Positions 11,119-22,900 of a stretch of 64,000 bases of DNA are shown here, one piece after another. Source of the stretch: an uncultured Acidobacteriota bacterium (GTDB taxonomy: Bacteria > Acidobacteriota > UBA6911); assembly GCA_963827655.1 (NCBI GenBank), contig CAWHCF010000022.1, forward strand, positions 128,001 to 192,000, written 5' to 3'. The notes under the pieces were generated by a model. It had not been told where the DNA came from, made no database searches, and worked only from the letters and a program-made list of their open reading frames with translations. A program made the position numbers and the translations under genes. Position 1 is the stretch's first letter; the number at the start of each line of letters is the position of its first letter.

Positions 11119-11323
11119 CGCCCTGAAAGGGCGATGGAAATTAGCCGGGGGCAAGCGGAGCGCTGCCCCCGGTCACACACGACCAAAGAGACGCGCCCGA
11201 GGGGCGCTGGACGCTGCCCCTCAAGGCTCCTGCGCCCGCTTCAGGGCGCATAGACTATAAACCCCCAAACCCCGGGCTGCGCTTCGCTTGCCCCGGGGCT
11301 AATTTCCGCCGCCCCTCCGGGGC
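11119..11323. repeat. REP-like composite palindrome (GCCCTGAAAGGGC family)
   Basis: Long inverted arms GGAAATTAGCCGGGGGCAAGCGGAGCGC / GCGCTTCGCTTGCCCCGGGGCTAATTTCC with internal small hairpins. A degenerate relative lies at about 16694-16897. Confidence 0.75.
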
Positions 11324-11437
11324 AAAATCGCCCGAGAGCAATGAGGTGCGTGTAAGGTCACGAGCTTGTTTCGCCTGCGCAAATGTCAGACTGCGCGCGG
11401 AGAGCGCAAATCGAATTGTTCCATTCTCGGCGAGCGC

Positions 11438-14400
11438 TCAAAACACGATCTTCGCCGACAGCTGGATAATCCGGGCCGGACGAGCGGTGCGAAACGCGCC
11501 GAAGTTCGAGTCGATCTGGCGCCCCGCGGCGTCGAAGCGCGCCGCGGTGAACAGGCCCGAGAATTGGGTGTGGTTCCAGGCATTGAACAGTTCGGTGCGG
11601 AACTGGATGTAGCGTCCCTCGCCAAACAGCGGGAAGCGCTTGTTCAGAGTGATGTCCCAGTTATTCGTGCCGGGCCCGCGAAGAATGCCGACGCCGGCAT
11701 TGCCGAATTCACCGAGCGGCGTGCGCTGGAAGGCCTCGGTGCGGAAATTGCGGAAGAAGTCGCGTTCGCTCTCGGGCAGATTCGGATCCCCGGCAACCGT
11801 GATGCGCGCTCCTTCGGAAGAGCCGGTGATGTCCTGGCCGTCCACTGTGCGTGAACGTGGGAGTAAAGGGTGTGCCGGAGATGAGCGACGTGATGCCGGA
11901 GAGCTGCCAGTTATCGAACACCCAGCGCGCCACCTTGGGGCCCATCATGGTCCCGACTTTGGGCAGTTCGTAAATATAGTGGAACACGAGCACGTGCGGA
12001 CGGTCGAACTCGAGCGGGCCGTAGTTCCACTTCCGAGGCGCGAAATACGGGCTGATTATCACGGTGTCGTTGTTGGCGAGGCCGAGCGTCCTGGCAAGGG
12101 TGTAGGAGACACCGTACTGGAGACCCCGCGACCAGTGGCGGTTCACTCCGAGCTGGAAGGAATGGTAATTGGTGGTTGCGATATGTTCGTACGCCGTAAC
12201 GTCGCCGTGGCCGACATAGGGACGAAGGAAGTTGTCGGGAAGCGGCCGGTTGGGCTGCGTGGGATCGAAGTTTTTCGGGTCGAAGCGAGCGTAGAGGGGA
12301 ATCGGGTTGATGCTGCGGCGGACATAAAGGTGGCGCGAGAGGCTGCCCACATAAGACGCATCGACGGCCATGCCCCCGATCTGGCGCTGCAGGCCAACGC
12401 TGAAGTTCATGGTGTTGGGCGTCTGGTGGCGGCCGTAGAGCGTGGTCAGGTTCTGCGGGCCGAGGGCGCCGCCGCTCGAAGCGTAGGTGTCGAGGTTGCC
12501 GTAGTACAGGGTCGGCTGGTCATAGACCGGCGCGTTGCCGACGGCGGCGGAAAAGGGATTGTTCTGGCCCGTATCGTAGAACCATCCCCAGCCGCCCCGC
12601 AGCGCAGTCTTGCCGTCACCGAAGAGGTCGTAGGCGAAGCCAAAGCGGGGCGCAAGGTTGACCCAGGGCCGCTCGTAGAGCCCTGACGGGTAGCCGTTGA
12701 CGCCGCCGACGGCCATGCCGTTAGCGGGGTCGCCCGTGCCGGGGACATACTGGCCGATGAGCGGCGCAGGAGCGAATGCGCCAGTGCGCGGATCCTGGGC
12801 GACGCGGCGCCCCGCGGCATCGCGCGCCGGCACGTAAATGACGGGGACCTTCGACGGATCATACAGCAAAGGATCAAAGGCGGCGGCCTGATGGTCGAGT
12901 TCGCGCATCGGCGGCATGCGGGAAAAACGCAGCCCCATGTCGAGCGTCAGGCGCCTGCTGATTTTCCAGTTGTCCTGTACATACCATTCGACCTGGACGA
13001 ACTGCTGCCGGGTCACGAAGCGCTGTTCATGCTCGGTGTAGGAAACAAAGTTGCCCAGCAGCACGTTGGAATAGCTGTGGCCGGAATCGAAGGGGTTATT
13101 CGTGTCGCGGCTGAAATCGAAGTTGCCCCGGTAGCTGCCGCGGCCAGGCAATACGGAGCGCGACCGCTCAAAATAGACGCCGGTCTTGAAGCTGTGCTGG
13201 CCCCAGACCTTGCTGAGGTTGTCGGTGACGGCATAGACCGGGTTGCGGTAGCTGTTCGGCAGGTAGTCGTTGAAATTGGGCGCCGCAGCGTTGGCCGGCT
13301 GACCGCCGAACCGGAGCGTCGGAATGTAGTTCGATTCAGGATTACCGTCATCGAACCACTGCGCCGGGTTGCCCATGTGAGAGCGCAGAAGGAGTTCGGG
13401 ATCCTCAAAATCGTAGTCGCGCACCACGTTGCTGAATCCAAAGCTGGCCTCGTTCACCAGCGTCGGTGAGAAGATCTTGGTGGCGCTGACCAGGTGGCCC
13501 TTGCCCGTGCGGTCGACGAAGACGGGGCTGACCAGAAAGTTCGTGTCACCGATGCGCGCACCCCAGGGGATAAAGGTGTCGTCGATGTCCTGGCCCCAGC
13601 GGTAATAGAGACGGAGCGAAGGGCTCGCGATCCAGTCGAGACGGAGGATGTCGTTGCGCCGCGGAGTGGCGCCGCTGTAAACATCGCGATGGTTCCAGCG
13701 GTACTGGTTGCGCGGATCCGGGTCGACGTAATTGGGCAGAGGAAAGAAATTCAGCATGGACTGGCCCAGGCTCTGAATCCGGTTCCGAGGGATCTGGTTG
13801 TTCGGGAAAGGCTGACCCGTTTGCGGGTCGGTGATGCGGATGAGCTGGTTGTTCACATCAAAGCTGCGTGAGAAGTCGCCGTTGCGCTCTGCCTCTGTGG
13901 GCATGTTGGCGAAGACGGCGCCGTAGTCGGTCTTTACGCCTGTGTATTCCTGAGACCAGAAGAAGAAGAGCTTTTCCTTGTTGGGATTGAATTTCCCGGG
14001 GACGTAGACCGGGCCGCCGATGGAGTAGCCGGTGATGCGATAGCGATAAGGCTGCTTGGGTGTGCCGGAGCGATTGAAAAAGAAGTTCGTGGCGTTGAGG
14101 CTCTCGTGGCGGTAGAACTCATAGGCCGAGCCGTGGAACGCGTTGGTGCCGGACTTGGTGATGGCGGTAATGGCGCCGCCGCCGTTACGGCCGTACTCGG
14201 CCTGATAGTTGCTCGTCAGAATGCGCACTTCCGCGATGGAATCCATGTTGGGCTGGAAGGTGGTGCTGCCGTTGGAGTGAGTATCCATGGCCGTGACACC
14301 GTCGACACTGACGTTTTTCTGGTTCTCTCGCGTGCCGTTGATGTAGATGCCGCGCTGGGGCTGGTTGCTGGTCACCTCGCGCGTCTCCTGGGCAGTATCG

Positions 14401-14885
14401 ACCACGCCCGGGATGGTCTGCAGGAGAGCGAAAAAGTCGCGACCCTTCAGGGCGAGATCGTTGATCTGGCTGCCGGTGACGACCCCGGAGCGCTCCGCGC
14501 TTGAAAGCTGCAGCGGCGTAGTTTCGGCGGTCACGCTGACGGATTCCCGGACCTCTCCAATCTGGAGGGTCAGGCGGCCGAGGCTCCGGATTTCGCTCGA
14601 ACTGACGGAAACCCCCTTGAGCTCAAACGCCTTGAAGCCGGGATGCTGGATGCTGAGCGCATAACTGCCGGCGGCAACGTTGGGGAAAGTGAACAGTCCC
14701 TCAGAGCCCGATATGGCCGTGAGGACGGCGCCGGTGCCCTGCCGTGTCAGGATGCAGGCCGCACCCTCAATCACGGCGCCCGTGGGATCGACCAGCGTAC
14801 CGTTTACCGAACTGGACACGTTTTGGGCGGCAGCCAAAGCAGCGCCCAACACAACCGAGAGGACGACATGCAGACAACGGCTCAT
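11438..14885 (-). CDS. Oar-like TonB-dependent receptor with N-terminal carboxypeptidase-regulatory-like domain; one frameshift near 11850
   Basis: Signal peptide, GTLVDPTGAVI, plug motif SNYQAEYGRNGG, barrel strands. The C-terminus (FRTELFNAWNHTQF...RIIQLSAKIVF, terminal Phe) is in the adjacent frame, ORF 11438-11845. Confidence 0.88.
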
Positions 14886-15072
14886 GGGTTCCTCCTGCTC
14901 TCGCCAATCTTCGGCCAGACGTTAGAATTGGGCCTATTATCTACGCGCTGCGCTGATTGGACAAGCGGTTGTTTGCCGTTTTTGTGACCCTGGCTCCTTT
15001 TATAGTGTTCTTCGTGTCTTCGTGGGCGGTTTCTTGATTTTAAAGATTAACCGCCAGGATACGAGCTCCTTT

Positions 15073-15516
15073 TCACTTGTCCTTCATTATCTCAACGTAT
15101 CGTCGCTGCATCTCTTCGGTCGAGACCTCTTCGATGCTATGCCCGACGTTCCACCTGTGTCCGAAGGGGTCTCGCACGCACCCTGAGCGCTCGCCATAGA
15201 ACTCGTCTTTGGGTTCCATTTCGACCACCGCTCCCGCGCTGACGGCGCGGCGGATCACTTCGTCGGCGTTGTCGACGTGGATATGGATCGTGACCGACGT
15301 CGCCCCGATCGCTTTCGGTCCTCTGATGTTGTACTCGGGAAACTCGTCGGCCAACATCAGAGTGGTTCCGTCGAAGTCGAGCTCGGCATGTCCGATACGG
15401 CCGCTCGGTTCGGTGAGCCGGAATTTTTCTTTGGCGCCAAAAGCCTTCTCATAAAACTCGATGGCTTTCGCCGCATTACTGACATGGAGGTAGGCAAATA
15501 ACTCGTGGACTTTCAT
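15073..15516 (-). CDS. VOC/PhnB-like glyoxalase family protein
   Basis: AIEFYEKAFGA, IGHAEL, FYGERSGCVRDPFGHRW. Confidence 0.92.
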   Translation of the reverse strand: MKVHELFAYLHVSNAAKAIEFYEKAFGAKEKFRLTEPSGRIGHAELDFDGTTLMLADEFPEYNIRGPKAIGATSVTIHIHVDNADEVIRRAVSAGAVVEMEPKDEFYGERSGCVRDPFGHRWNVGHSIEEVSTEEMQRRYVEIMKDK

Positions 15517-15594
15517 GGAACACTCCTTTCTGAATGAACGACGCCGCGAGTTTAGCGCCTCAGCCGCCCATCGTCTTGAATGAAATTGACCTGG

Positions 15595-16431
15595 TCAGAT
15601 GTTGGCGGGGCGAGTGTGAATCGGAACGTGATGCGGAAAGGCCGGCACGAGTTCGCGGTATTCCCCCGGCGAGACGCCGGCGAATTCCCGGAACTCCCGG
15701 TTGAAGTGAGCCTGATCGCTGTAGCCGGCATCCAGAGCCACCTCGACCAGCGAGGCGGCGGCGTGGGCGGCAACCTGCTCCAGAGCTTCCTGGAAACGGA
15801 GAACACGACAGTAGAGCTTTGGGGTTAACCCCAGGCCACGGTGGAACAGCGCGATGAATCGCCGATGGCTGTAACCGCTTTCTTTCACCGCCTGGCGCAC
15901 GTCGGCGGTTGTCGTAAACCTTTCGAGAGCCTGGGCGACGGCTGGGTGAAGCCCGCGGACCGTCGGAAGCCGCGCCGCGAGAAGCGCCTCGAGGACATCG
16001 AGCCGCGGCTGCAGACCACCCGCCTCAATCAGACGTTCCCGCGCTTCGACAGCAGACGGACCCCAGAGATCCTCGAGAGGAGTATGCCGGCCGGCGAGCT
16101 CGCCGGCCGGCACGCCGAACAACAGTTCGGCCGTGCCCGGGCGGAGCTGCGCGCCAACCGAACTGACAGGCTGGGAGATCTCGCGCACATAGAACGAAGC
16201 TCGAGCCCCGCCGACGATCATGTGTCCGACGCGGTACCCGATGGGATCATTGATGTCATTGAAGAGACGCAGCGGGTGGTCGGAAAGCCGGAATACCAGG
16301 TGCATGCCGCCCGTCGGCAGGACTCGCTCGCGATCGGCGGCGACAGACCCCGGCGAGACCGCCTGATCCGAGGCCCACAGGATCTTTACGAACGGACTAA
16401 GACGGGGTCCAGGAAGACGCGTTAACATCAT
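15595..16431 (-). CDS. AraC family transcriptional regulator
   Basis: ERVLPTG N-terminal domain; HTH GYSDQAHFNREFREFAGVSPGEY. Confidence 0.92.
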   Translation of the reverse strand: MMLTRLPGPRLSPFVKILWASDQAVSPGSVAADRERVLPTGGMHLVFRLSDHPLRLFNDINDPIGYRVGHMIVGGARASFYVREISQPVSSVGAQLRPGTAELLFGVPAGELAGRHTPLEDLWGPSAVEARERLIEAGGLQPRLDVLEALLAARLPTVRGLHPAVAQALERFTTTADVRQAVKESGYSHRRFIALFHRGLGLTPKLYCRVLRFQEALEQVAAHAAASLVEVALDAGYSDQAHFNREFREFAGVSPGEYRELVPAFPHHVPIHTRPANI

Positions 16432-16972
16432 GCGAAAACCATTCTCCTCTCGCGTCTCCAGTGAGGCACAGCGGGGTTCTCAGGGCAACTCCACTTCCTG
16501 TTCGGGATCTCAAACACGTACTGATTTTATCGTAATTCATAGACTACGGTTGTGAAATTTGTAGAAGCGACCTGGCCGGCGACCGATCGGCGCCCGGAGT
16601 TGGTAGATTTCGGCGGGCTTCGGCGCCCGGAATCGCGATCGGTAGCAAGCTCTGAACCTGAGCGACTGCGTCTCATACGGTCTTAGATGATTTCGCCCCA
16701 GAGGGTGCTCTAAAGAATGTCTGAGCCCAGGGCAAGCGAAGCGCAGCCCGGGGTTTCGGGATCATGTCCCGTGAGGCCGGGATTGAGTTACCGGTATTGT
16801 TGAGGAGAGGCGCGGCACATATCTCCGGGGCCGACTCGCCTGTAAGATGGGGGCAAGCTTGCTGCCACTCGGCTAAGGCGGTGCCCTTTCAGGAGCGCGA
16901 GGTCTTAGCGCTAAGCGGCTCGAACTCGGTGGGCAAAACCTTGACAGCCATTTCGCAGGAAAAGCGAAAGAT

Positions 16973-17794
16973 CTATTGAGCAGGTTGGGCCGGCGGCTTG
17001 GTACTGGCTTGTGCTATCTGGCTGTTGGGCTGGAGTATGCGCTTCGGTCGCTTGATCCCACAGAAAGCAGCCAGCGCGGAGATCTGGTCTTTTGTGGGAG
17101 GCAGTGCCATTCGGCTGTGGTAGTTTCCAGGTCCCAGCAACAAAAAGGCAAAGGTCTCCGCAAAATCGCCTGCGGGCGTATTGTAGTCGGGGCAGCGGTT
17201 ACACCCGAACCAGGCTGCTTCGGGATCGATGCCTCGCAGCTCTCGCCAGCGGGTACGCCGCTCCGGAGTATTGTTGTCCAGATCAACCGCATGGCCGAGT
17301 TCATGGGCCAGATCGTACGCCGTCAACAGCGGAGAGTCGCCGGGGCGGTTGTAAATCTCAATTCTGCGCTGCTCCGAGATCGTCATCGCGCGATAGCCCG
17401 GACGCGGACCCATGAAGGCAATCTCGTATCCAAGCTTCTTCCACGGAAATCGAATCAGGGCCAGTACTTCTTTGCGAAGCCGCTCGGAGGCGGCGTCAGG
17501 GGTCGCCGCGGCCGTCGCAGACGCGACGGATGTCGTGGCGGCTGCCTCCGGAAACGGGAGACTCGCGGGCGTTGGTTTGGTCGTCACCTCGACCGGCGTG
17601 ATTACTTCATCGACCGGCCGTGCCAGCCGGGTGTGGTTGTCTTGAAAAAAGTGCTTCTGGTGATGAACGTCAGACGGGATGCGATCCCACGGACCTAAAA
17701 TCAGGAGCACGAAGGCTACAAGAACGAAACTGGCGTATCTGGATTTAGGCAACAAGCAGCAACGACCTCCCCGTCGTCCAATCTGGCAAGCCAT
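16973..17794 (-). CDS. Membrane-anchored or secreted putative zinc metallopeptidase
   Basis: N-terminal hydrophobic segment, Ala/Thr-rich linker, AHELGH (HExxH), downstream DFAETF. Confidence 0.6.
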   Translation of the reverse strand: MACQIGRRGGRCCLLPKSRYASFVLVAFVLLILGPWDRIPSDVHHQKHFFQDNHTRLARPVDEVITPVEVTTKPTPASLPFPEAAATTSVASATAAATPDAASERLRKEVLALIRFPWKKLGYEIAFMGPRPGYRAMTISEQRRIEIYNRPGDSPLLTAYDLAHELGHAVDLDNNTPERRTRWRELRGIDPEAAWFGCNRCPDYNTPAGDFAETFAFLLLGPGNYHSRMALPPTKDQISALAAFCGIKRPKRILQPNSQIAQASTKPPAQPAQ

Positions 17795-18131
17795 TCCCGT
17801 CCCTTAGGTCCAGGGCAGACTTTTTTCTCGCCCCGAGGATCGGGGACTTGTTCAAATCAGCGAATTTGCGCGAGCTGCATGACGGGCGGGCATTCCCCGC
17901 ACATGCAGAATTCTTCCACCGAAGTGGAATTGCATGATCATACCACATCGGTTCCGGAAGAAAAGTCTATTTACCACAGCGTGATGCGTCACTTCCTCCT
18001 CGAAAGGCATTGTGACGCTTGTCGAGCAGTTGTTGCTTTTTACGAAAAGTTTCAGCATTTTTTTGCGTCCGCGCATTTTTTTCGGGCAGTGCCGCGGAAG
18101 CAGTTCACTCCCAGAACCAATCAGGCGTGGA

Positions 18132-18284
18132 TTAGCCCCGGCGCTTGAAGTATTGGATTGCCCGCTCATGTTTTTGCGCTTGCTGGAGCGTATCGAAGGT
18201 CCCGAGGTTTCTCCGTCTTCCGGTCTTAGGATCCTTCTTTCTGGAGTAAAGCCTGTACTTCCCCGATTTCAGTTTTCTGATCAT
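18132..18284 (-). CDS. Small basic hypothetical protein (50 aa)
   Basis: Below the ORF-track cutoff. MIRKLKSGKYRLYSRKKDPKTGRRRNLGTFDTLQQAQKHERAIQYFKRRG with GGAGG RBS; resembles a conserved small-protein family I recall. Confidence 0.8.
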   Translation of the reverse strand: MIRKLKSGKYRLYSRKKDPKTGRRRNLGTFDTLQQAQKHERAIQYFKRRG

Positions 18285-18381
18285 GTGCCTCCGCTGTTCC
18301 CTGGTAGAGCCTTAAGCGGCGCAGCATTCTTGATGGCGTATCCGCCCACGTCATTGTTGAAGCATGCTAAGATTGCGCGCC

Positions 18382-19032
18382 ATGGAACATGCGGTGTTAA
18401 TAACTGTCTCCGATCAACCTGGAACCCTGTTCCAGTTGACCAAGGTCCTCGCCGAGCACAACGCGAATATCAGCTACGTCGACATCATCCGTCCGCCAAT
18501 GCAAGACGTTCAGGTTTATTTCGAGTTCAAGCTCGAAGAACCCGCCAGAGAAGTGGTCGAAGACCTGGCACGAATCTCAAACGTCCGGCAAGTCGAGAGC
18601 ACGCCCCCCTTTTCGCACATTTACGGGAAACGAATTATCATCATGGGTGGGGGTGCCCAGGTGGGACAGGTGGCCCTGGGGGCGATCTCCGAGGCGGACC
18701 GGCACAACATTCGGGGAGAACGGATTTCCGTAGACACGATTCCTCTCGTCGGCGAGCAGGAGCTGGCAGCGGCCGTAAGAGCCGTTGTCAGGCTTCCCAG
18801 AGTTCGTCTTCTCGTTCTGGCCGGCTCGCTGATGGGCGGCCGGATCACGGAAGCGGTCGCAGAAGTGCGCCAGAAGGGTCTAACCGTGATTTCTCTTAAC
18901 ATGGCAGGAAGCGTTCCTGACGCAGCGGATCTCGTGGTCAGCGACCCGGTGCAGGCGGGAGTAATGGCAGTCATGGCCATCGCCGAGACCGCGAGATTTG
19001 ACATCCTTCGCCAGCAGAAGCGGCGGTATTGA
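18382..19032 (+). CDS. ACT domain plus DUF5612 protein
   Basis: ACT motif DQPGTLFQLTKVLAEHNANI; GKRIIIMGGGAQV...EADRHNIRGERISVDTIPLVGE...SDPVQAGVMAV. Confidence 0.8.
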   Translation: MEHAVLITVSDQPGTLFQLTKVLAEHNANISYVDIIRPPMQDVQVYFEFKLEEPAREVVEDLARISNVRQVESTPPFSHIYGKRIIIMGGGAQVGQVALGAISEADRHNIRGERISVDTIPLVGEQELAAAVRAVVRLPRVRLLVLAGSLMGGRITEAVAEVRQKGLTVISLNMAGSVPDAADLVVSDPVQAGVMAVMAIAETARFDILRQQKRRY

Positions 19033-19144
19033 TCGCTCTTTGAGATGCTGGGTGCTGTAACGCTCATCCAGGATTCATCACCACATTAGGGAGGGGCGTT
19101 CTCTCACCACTATTAGAATCACGAAATATGCAAGGGGGTGTCCT

Positions 19145-19867
19145 ATGCGCTCGAAGCTTTTACTCGCAATCCTGATTCCGTACCTGATCAACGCCGGCCA
19201 CAGCCAGTCAACCCAGCAGGAACCGCAAACAAGGACTCAGGATCTTGCGAAGATGTTCTACAACGATACCCTGCCCGCCAAGACTGACGTGAAGGCTATC
19301 ACGGAGCGGCGCGTGGGCTTGAAATATCGCATTCTCCTCAAGACTCCAGATTGCGAGATTCGAGACGTGGCTTCCTCTCACAAGTTTCGCTCTGGAGACG
19401 GAATCCGGCTCTGGTTCGAATCCAATGTAGACGGATTTCTCTATGTGCTGGACAAGCAGTCGAGCGGGGTCGAAACCCTTCTCTTCCCTCATCCCGAAAT
19501 CAACAACGGCACGAACAATATTGAACGGGGGATCAGCTACCCGGTTCCGGCAACTGCCTGGTTCATCTTCAAAGGTGTTCCGGGAGAGGAACGCCTAACC
19601 GCAATCGTGAGCAAGACGCCCCTGAAGACTGTTCCGCAGCTAGCCAAGCCTCAGGACCACGGACCGGTTTCGATAATCTCCGTCCTCGAAGAGTTAAGCC
19701 GGAGCGTTCGACCCCGTGATCTGGTTCTCTTTCAGGAAAAAGCTCCCGTGTCACGACTCACTCCCCAGCCGACTCAATCCGCTACGACCCAGGCGACCAT
19801 AGTGATCAACACAAGCGCAAACAACAATACTGCAGCCTATACGGAAATCGGACTGAGACATCAATAA
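19145..19867 (+). CDS. Secreted DUF4384 domain protein (no. 1)
   Basis: Signal peptide; FRSGDGIRLWFESNVDGFLYV...LLFP...PGEERLTAIVS. Confidence 0.82.
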   Translation: MRSKLLLAILIPYLINAGHSQSTQQEPQTRTQDLAKMFYNDTLPAKTDVKAITERRVGLKYRILLKTPDCEIRDVASSHKFRSGDGIRLWFESNVDGFLYVLDKQSSGVETLLFPHPEINNGTNNIERGISYPVPATAWFIFKGVPGEERLTAIVSKTPLKTVPQLAKPQDHGPVSIISVLEELSRSVRPRDLVLFQEKAPVSRLTPQPTQSATTQATIVINTSANNNTAAYTEIGLRHQ

Positions 19868-19971
19868 AAGATTCTAGTGTTTCTTCGTGTCTTTGCGTCT
19901 TGGTGGTAGAGATGTCTAGCAAACGCTGACCACGGAGACACGAAGAAATACGAAGCATCTTGCCAAAAAAG

Positions 19972-22900
19972 TCAGAAGCTGGCGCTGACCTGCGCGGAAG
20001 TTCCCTCCCCGTTACCCAGCGTTACCGAAACCGAGCCAATAGCACTGATGTCCCCTTGAACATTGAAGACAACGACCAGCGTAAACTGGCTTCCAAACTG
20101 TCTGGAGGCCTCCCCTTGGAACCAGCCGTTGGCATCATTGGTCAGGCTTACCGGAACCAGCGTCGTCGCCAGGTTGCCACCCCCTCGCGCAGTAAAGCGA
20201 AATTCACCCTGATTCACCACCCGAGTGTTGGAAAGGCCGTCGATTACCAGCTCAAAGCTCGAGGCCGTGCGCGAGGCGATACTCACACTTCTGATCGTCG
20301 GCGCCTGCCGTCTGATAGTAATATTCCGGCTCGCGTTCAGCGCACCCTCCAAGAAAACACTGAGATTGACGGTACCGGCCACGCTTCCGGTCTGAAACAT
20401 GGCGCTCGGAGCGCCGGCGAAAACTGCCTGAGTACTGTTGGCAGGAAAAGTGAAGTTCAACACCCTCCCCTGGTTTGAGATGAACACAATGGCAGGATCG
20501 TCGCTGGGATTAACCGCCTCGGGCGTAAACGTCAGTATCAACTGACCGTTAAGGACGCCGGTTTGGGCAGCCGACAGGGTCAGATTCACGCTGGGCTGTT
20601 CGCGCGAATCCAAACTGTCGCCGACGCCGCCGATGGTCACCTGGGGAGGCGGCAAGACATTGAAGTTCAGGGCGTTGGAGACTCCGCCACCCGGCGCCGG
20701 GTTGAAAACCGTAACGCTGGCCGCCGCCGGCGCAACAATATCGCCGGCCGGAATCGCCGCCGTCAGCTGGGTAGCACTAACGAAAGTCGTCGTCCGATTG
20801 GCCCCGTTCCAGCGCACCATGGACCCGCTCACGAAATTTGTTCCGCTGACACTAAGGGTAAAAGCGGGTGAACCCGCAGTGGCCGAAGCCGGATTGAGAC
20901 CGGTGATGGTCGGCACCGGATTGGTCTGCGATATCGTAAAGGCTACTGCATTGGACGTCCCGCCCCCGGGCGCAGGATTGAACACCGCAACACTCGCTGT
21001 TCCCGCGGTCGCAATGTCGGTGGCCGGAATCGCCGCCGTCAGCTGGGTGCTGCTAACGAAAGTCGTGGGCCGATTGGCCCCGTTCCAGCGCACCATGGAC
21101 CCGCTCACGAAATTCGTCCCGGTGACGGTAAGAGTAAAAGCGGGTGACCCCACGGTAGCTGTTGAAGGATTGAGGCCCGTGATCGTTGGCGCGGGATTAG
21201 TCTGCAGGATCGTAAAGTCTACTGCATTGGAAGTCCCGCCGCCGGGGGTTGGATTGAACACCGTAATGCTGGCCGTCGCCGACGTCGCAATGTCGCCGGC
21301 CGGAATCGCCGCCGTCAGTTGGGTGCCGCTGACGAAAGTCGTCGGCCGATTGGCCCCGTTCCAGCGCACCGTGGACCCGGTTACGAAATTTGTCCCGGTG
21401 ACGGTGAGGGTAAAAGCTGCCGAACCGGCGGTGGCTGTGGAAGGATTCAGGCTCGTGATCGTAGGCGCCGGGTTGGCCGGCGCTATCACAAAGCCCGCTT
21501 CATTGGAGGGCCCGCCGCCAGGCGCCGGATTGAACACCCGGACCCTGGCTGGCCCCGCTGCCGCAATGTCAGTGGCCGGAATCGCCGCCGTTAATTGCGT
21601 GCTGGTGACGAAAGTCGTCGGCCTGTCTGAATCGTTCCACCGCACGACGGATCCGCTTACGAAGTTTGTCCCGGTGACAGTAAGGGCAAAAGCGGGTGAA
21701 CCTGCGGTGGCTGTAGAAGGATTGAGACTGGTGATCGTCGGCACCGGGTTGGTCGGCGTTATCGTAAACGTTACTGCATTAGAAGTTCCGCCGCCGGGCG
21801 CCGGATTGAATACCGTAACGCTGGCGGTCCCTGCCGTCGCAATGTCGGTGGCCGGAATCGAAGCCATCAGTTGCGTACTGCTGACGAAGGTCGTCGGCCG
21901 ATTGGCCTCGTTCCACCGGACGATCGACCCATTCCCGAAGTTTGTCCCGGTCACGGTAAGGGTAAACGCGGGCGAACCAGCCGTGGCTGAAGCCGGATTG
22001 AGGCCGGTGATCGTCGGCACGGGGTTCACCGGCGTTATTGCAAAATTCACTGCATTGGAAATCCCGCCGCCGGGTGCCGCACTGAACACCGTAACGCTTG
22101 CGGTGCCCGCCGTCGCAATGTCGGCCGCCGTAATCGCCGCCGTCAGTCGCGTGGCACTGACGAAAGTCGTGGTTCGATTAGAGTTGTTCCAGCGCACTAC
22201 AGACCCAGTGCCATTTGTGGGTACGAAACCCGAACCATTGACCGTGAGGGTAAAAGCCGGACCGCCGGCGACGGCGGATGCCGGTTCGAGACTGGTGATT
22301 ACGGGGACCGGATTGCCAATAACGGTGAATGACACACCATTCGAAGAGCCGCCGCCGGGGGCTGGATTGAATACCGTCACGGTAGCAGTCCCCGCCGTGG
22401 CGATATCGCTGGCCGGGATCGCGGCTCCCAAGGTAGGAGACGCACCGGGTAACAGGGTTGTCGGACGTGCGGCGCCATTCCACCTCACCACCGATCCGCT
22501 GAAGAAGCCGGTTCCAGTGACCGTAAGGTTAAAGGCCGGGCCGCCGGCGGCTGCCGAAGCCGGGTTGATAGCGGTGATCTGAGGCATTCGATTGTTGATT
22601 GTGAAGGTTGCCGCGTTGGAGGTACCTATGCCCGGAGTGAAAACGGTAACGGTTGCCGTTCCCGCCGTGGCAAGGTCGCTGGCGAGGATTGACGCCGTTA
22701 ACTGCGTGTTACCCCCGTAACTGGTTGAACGGTCGGACCCGTTCCACTGGACCCTCGAGCCACCGCCACCGGTATCGGGGTCCGGACTGTAAAAATTCGT
22801 GCCCACGACCGTGAGAGTAAAAGCCGCGCCACCGGCCAGAGCTGACGCCGGGTTGATGCTGGTGATTCTTGGCACAGGTTGAATTGTAAAATCCAGGGCG

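Noticed and set aside
18012-18899. 295-aa ORF
   Set aside because: It overlaps the 50-aa gene and the ACT-DUF5612 gene in other frames and has no protein-like motifs.
19405-19430. GGTTCGAATCC, a tRNA T-loop-like motif
   Set aside because: It lies inside the DUF4384 coding sequence (WFES) and no cloverleaf can be formed.
20633-22582. 649-aa plus-strand repetitive ORF
   Set aside because: It is the antisense shadow of the IPT/TIG gene, with no RBS or recognisable motifs.
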